Made by a program: the position numbers and the translations under genes. From Nageia nagi (Eukaryota; Plantae; Pinophyta): 64,000 nt of DNA. A model generated the notes under the pieces. The model was not told the origin of the DNA. It made no database searches and saw only the letters and a list, made by a program, of their open reading frames with translations. The stretch lies in NCBI GenBank assembly GCA_050084985.1, contig JBITNC010000001.1, positions 184,636,001 through 184,700,000 on the forward strand, read 5' to 3'. Shown here in pieces: positions 58,401 to 64,000 of the stretch (position 1 is its first letter; every line of letters begins with the position of its first letter).

Positions 58401-61400
58401 AACCTATACTAATATATGGTCGAGGCACTCTACATAGTTACATTTGGGATTTCTATGGGAGCAGTATCTAGTTACCCTTATTTAAAAGGCATCTAGGCAA
58501 TCTTAATGTCTCCTATTTTTCTAACTCTACTCAAAATTTTGGATTGTTTCTCTTGGAGCACAAGGGGTTTATTGACAAAAGTTTCCTAATCAATGGGCTC
58601 TACTACTTTTGTTGAAAAAATACTTTTAATCTCCTCTTATGAGGTTGTATAAAATGGAATTAAAGAATGTTGTGGTGTGCTTACTCCTAAAGTGCATGCC
58701 AAAGTTTATTTTATGGGTTGCTCTGTCTTTCTAGGAGTTAAATCCAATACTTCAACCTCACCTTATTCTTCTTCTCATGGCTTATCCTTTTTAAGATTCT
58801 TATCCATTGGATTAGATTCCTTTCTCTTATTTGGTTCATCATCTTCTTCTTTCACTTTGCCTTTGGATGCTATAGTATCACTTGTACCAAGCACATTACC
58901 CCTATGTTGTTGGAACTCATCCCCCATTTCTTCTTACACATCTTGGTAGATGATGATTTCTATGCCCTAAGGCCTTTGGGTCTCTTTAGCATCAAACATT
59001 TCTATTTCTCTGATTATTTCCTTAGGCATCTCTTGACTAACCTTTGGAGATGGAGTTTGTGTACACCTAGACACTCACTACTGTGTGGTCTAGGACTTCT
59101 TCTTGGGTTTCTTCTCTTTTTCCTTGAGGGTTTGCTTTTCTTGGGCTTACACCAAAGTTTGAATTCTTATTTTCTTTGCTAGCTATTTTGAATAGGATGA
59201 TTTTCTAAACTCTTTTATCTTTACTCCCCTTTCTGATTTCCCTTAGAAATTAGGTGGGAGAGGTTTGCCCATTTCTAGCAATGGGTCTTGTGTATACTGG
59301 GCTTTCCATTATTTATCATAGTTAAATTCATCAAATAATAAATCTTCAACATGATGGACCTTAGTGGTGTATTCTAATCTAAACTTGGTAAAATAATGGA
59401 TCTTGTTGGGCTCCCAACCCATCTCTCAACTAGGCCAACACCTTCAGGTCTAAGGAAAATTCTTTTCATTTGACATCCCAATTTTTGTACCTCTTAATAC
59501 CCTTAAGGGTTAACCATGACTTATTCAAAGTTCCAAATTCCCATGCCTCAGCTTCCTTCTCAATCTAATTTACAAAATACTCCACATGGGGCCTTGGATC
59601 ATGGGAAAAAGCTAGGTGCTTTTTATTTGACTTTATAATCTTTGTAATTTCCCTTGATGAGTCATACATCCAAGGGGAATCCACCATTTCTAACTTAAAA
59701 TTCTATGTAACAAACATAGCTATGCTATCTTTATAGCTTATTTCTAACAAAATAAATTTTTTTATAATAGTTGGTATATTTATAATGGGTTTGAAATTAC
59801 CCTCAAACCCATATTCGGTCTTTATAGTACACATTTTCCTACCCATCTCTATAGAATATAGTTGGGTAGTAACAAATTTGGGTAGGAAAAATGGCTTTTA
59901 AAAATATCCATACCTTATGATAACATTCCAATCCTTCAACAAATACTAGTCACCTATCTTATTCCCTCCTTGCAACTCACATATGGTGGTATGACATAGC
60001 CTGTTGGGTGGCTTCCCTATCAGGATCTCCACCATTGATGCTTAGAATTTATCCATAAACTCATAGTATGACCCATGAAACTTGGTTAATACAAGAACCC
60101 TTAAATCAATTGATATAGGTCATGTGGTTAGGGTAGCAGGTTCAACTTGATGTTTTGCTTCCATAAAGTTCTCAAGATTTTGATGGACCAACAACCACCA
60201 TAAATAAGAATGCCAAAAATTTTATTTCTCAATTTTGAAAATATTTTCTCTCATTCCATTTCAAATAAAGGAAAGGAAATCATAGTAGATATGTTCCTCT
60301 ATAATATTGTAAGCCATTCTCATCATGGCTTCATTTCCTTCTATTTGAGTCTTCTTTCTAAGAACGACTACTAATGCTTGCAACACCTTTATGTATTGAT
60401 CCTTATCAAATAAGGTGATGGCATAGCTCTACATGAGCTTTTTAGTTCTCCTCTCATACCTCTTATCAATCCAGTTCAACATTTCTCTATCATTCTTATA
60501 AAAATCATCCCTTTAATGCTTTAAAGCAATCTACTTTTTTATGTGAAAATTCCAATTAGCTGGGACTATAAAGGCCTATACAATATATTTAGGAGAATAA
60601 TTTAACACCAACTCAAGCTTAGACCCAAATTTACCTTCTTATTATTGATCTTTGAAAAATTTAATCTCATAACCCTATTGACCATGCTTGAGTGTGACAA
60701 CATACAACAACTCAAGATAGGTGAATGATTCAAAGGGTACATAATAGTCCAGGACCTAGTCAATCATTATATCTCTCTTAGAATCAGTAAGTGATTTTTG
60801 TTTACCTATAACCTTGAGCTTTAGGTGATACAATAGGATTTGCATGGGATTGGCATGCGAGGTATCCATATGATTAATCACCCCCATCTCTATTCAATTG
60901 ATGCTAGGAGCATTTTCTATGTATTCATTTTGAATTGCAATGACACCAACATCTACCCCCTCATGTTCAGTGTTAGTTGGTTTCTCCTCACTCAATTGCT
61001 CTGTATGCTCTAATATTAGGTTCTCTCAAATACTTAGGCTTGAAAATTTCCTAAGTGAGGAATATAATGGTAAATGAACATATTTTATTTACCTAAGGTT
61101 TGTTATCAATGTAATCAATAATGGAAATTAATTTCCAAGGAATATCAAGGTTTGCACATTGTATGAAATGGTGGATGATAGGTAGGAATAGATTAATTTG
61201 GAATGCTTCAAATTCAAATTGGGAGATAAGGCATGATAGTTGGAAGATTTGAGGAAATCTTCTCCTTAAATGTATCCTTTTAATTGATAGTTGTCAGAAG
61301 GTAAGTTCTAATTCCACACCATTCCTAGTTAATGGTTCATATTAATGGCTACCTACCTCCTTGAGGAATGTGGTTAGGCTAAAGAAATGTACAAACATAA

Positions 61401-64000
61401 ATTTTCTTTTTAGTAATATATACACTATACAATTTTAGCAGGTGTTATGAAATCACCCTATTAACTAGTAATGTTTTAAATAGATTCCATTTACTAGGAT
61501 AAGCAATTCCTAAGATCCAATGATATATTATAGTTTAAATGCATTATTTTGCATGGATTAAGTGATGATATAGGGCCCATTTCATATAGATTCAAATTTA
61601 TGATATCTCCAAGGCTTTGATCTTTCCTCCTCCTATTTAAGGACAATGTCTCCTATTTCAAACTTTACCTAAGAAGACTTCTTCTTGTCAAACCATTTCT
61701 TGAATATTTGCTATTGATGCTAAAAATATTCATATGCTTTATTTTGATCTTCTAGCTTTAAGAGCCAATTAAACCTAGCTTGTAGTGGTTCAAATTCATA
61801 GTCTTCTAGCTCTCATAGAATTTTTAATTTGGGTAACTCAAGATGAATTGACAATATTGGTATTTTGCCATATACTAATGCATAAGGGGATGTATTGATA
61901 GCAGATCTAATACTAATCCTATCCACCCATAATGCATATTCTAACTATGTATGCCACTATCTGGGATTCCATTCAATTATTTTCTTGATGATCTAGGTTA
62001 GGTTCTTATTTATTGACTCAGCTAGTCCATTCCCATATGGGTAGTAATTTAAAGAGAATAACCAATATATTTCATACTTAGCAACAAAGTTTGACAAATT
62101 AGCTCCAATGAATGCAAGACCATTATTTGATACAATAGTCTATGGGATACCAAAGAAAATAATTATCCTTTTGATCATCTCTATCACTACCTCTTGATCT
62201 ACATTCTTACATGGCATAACTTATGACCATATTGTAAAATAATCTATTGCAATTAAAATAAACTTATGGCCCATTGAGGAATTAGAGTTTATAACACCAA
62301 TGAAATCTAGAACCCATTATTGGAAGAGCTCCTCAATGACCATAGGTTTGAGAGGCACTGATGCTTATCTTCTTTTTCTCACATATTTGCTACATTTTTC
62401 ATACTCTTGAGCTATCTTGAATGAGTCATGAAATATGATAGGCTAATAGTACCCAACATGTAACACTTTTACTGTAGTAGTTAGACCATTATAATGTCCT
62501 CTAGAGAATCCATAATGAAATTCATGTAATATTCTCTAAGCTTCATCATGAGTCATACATCTTAATAGGGTTTGATCAAAATTTTTTCTATAAATATGGT
62601 CATCTATCATCACAAAATTTAAAGCTTAGAGCCTAAATATCCTCCTTTAAAACCTATCTAGGGATTCAAGACATTTACCAGTCTGAAAATTAAAAAAAAA
62701 TTATTTTATCCAATCACTTTCTTGATTAAGATGCTCTTCATCTTCAATAATAATAATCATGTGTGATACCTCTGCTATTTTTTCATAGAAAGCCCTACCC
62801 CTAATAAGCTTGGTTGGTTTAATCTCTACATCATATTCCATTATTTTTGTAATCCAACCAACTTTTCCTTCACCTAATTCTCCTTGAATGACATAATTTC
62901 TCACATCAAGGTGAACAATATATACAAGGATCTTATTATGGGACACATAATTCTTAAATTTTTAAAGTCCTTTTATTATATAAAACACTTGCTTCTCAAT
63001 AAATGAATACCTTTTTTGATGTTGGTGTAGTGTTTGGATATGAAAGGCAATTGGATGTTCTTCTTTCTGGTCATTCTTCTATGCTAAAAATGCAACAATA
63101 CTTTTCTTTGCCACATATGCATACATAATGAAATCTTTTGAAAAATCTAGGGTTTTCAATATAGAAGCTTTCGTTATAGCCTTTTTAATATCCTAAAAAA
63201 GGTCACTTTGCTTCCTCTAACTAAGAAAATACAACATCTTTCTTCAATATTGCAGTAATTAGAGATATAATTTTTAAAAAATTATTGATAAATTTTCTAA
63301 CAAAATTGATTTGATCAAGGAAAGATTGCAAGGCCTTCTTATTAGAAGGGAGTGGTAATACTTTAATAGCTTTCACTCTATCTAGATCAATTACCAATCC
63401 CTTTTATGAAATAATATATCCAAGCAATTTCCCTTGATTAACCATAAAAATAGACTTTTTGGGATTGATTGAAATCCCAAACTCTACACATTTTTCAAAC
63501 ACTTATCTAAGATGTTCCAGGTGATCCTTTCTACTCTTATAAAATACTATGATATCATATAGGTAAGCTAGAATAATTTTATTTATTAGATCACTAAATG
63601 CATGATCCATATCCCTGTGAAAAGTATCTCCAATATTAGAAAGATCAAAGGGTATCCTTTGAAAAGTAAATGTCTCCCATCTAGTTGTGAATGCAATTTT
63701 GTATTGATCTTCATCTTTTACCCAAATTTGATTGAATCCCAAGTAACCATCAATCATGGAAAAGTAGGAAGCTTTAGCTATTGTATGTAGGATTTTTTCC
63801 ATGGGAGAAAGAGTATAATTATCCTTGAGATACACTTAGTTCAAATTTCTGAAATCTATGTACATAACTTGATCTCTCTACTCTTTTTTCATACTGGAAT
63901 AAGATTAGAAACCCAAGAGGAATTCTTGATAGGGTAGATAATTTTAGAATCTAGTAGTTTAATTAATTCATAGTTCATGGCTTCTTCTATTTTTGGGTTT
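55431..64000 (-). mobile_element. Decayed Athila/Tat/Ogre-superclade Gypsy element (RT-RH-INT, extra ORF, probable 3' LTR), continuing beyond the window
   Basis: RT IDGYLGFNQI..FTTRWETF..AYLYDIIVF (63500-64000); RNase H ~62780-63200; integrase zinc finger/core (IVSNNGLAF, YYPYGNGLAES) and GPY motif ~61470-62690; long decayed same-strand ORF ~57250-61000. Left boundary and LTR limits (~55430-56745) uncertain. Confidence 0.8.
57250..61000 (-). pseudogene. Decayed extra ORF downstream of integrase, function unknown, with coiled-coil segment
   Basis: Coding-like sequence (SYLWWLLVHQN, GD*YLLKDWNVIIRYG..PFFLPKFVT), Lys/Glu-rich linker, heptad-rich ORF 58004-58384. Confidence 0.55.

Overview
AT-rich, CpG-depleted land-plant nuclear DNA made mostly of transposon debris; the element types suggest a large-genome gymnosperm, but that is inference. 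There is one intact host gene: an intronless island-domain LRR receptor kinase on the minus strand (12029-15241) resembling Arabidopsis NILR1/At1g74360, with a Mutator-type MITE just downstream of its stop. Left to right, the rest is: a decayed Ty1/Copia element (815-9536) inserted in a relative of itself; two L1 LINE fragments; a pol-less Gypsy element (20532-31723, minus) whose 3' LTR contains a 4.6-kb endogenous Caulimoviridae segment flanked by a ~690-bp LTR duplication and ending at a TGGTAT primer-site microhomology; an ORF1-only LINE with A-tail and 17-bp TSD (31869-33725); a three-level nest of pol-less LTR elements (a Tat/Ogre-like element with an antisense spliced Plant Mobile Domain gene, containing a Galadriel-like gag-only element, containing a very young CRM-like element with one intact Gag-protease-chromodomain ORF); a tRNA-SINE; and two more Athila/Tat/Ogre-type Gypsy remnants at the right end. 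Recurring theme: retroelements that keep only their RNA-packaging protein and lack reverse transcriptase. All family assignments rest on motifs recognised by eye, not on database searches.
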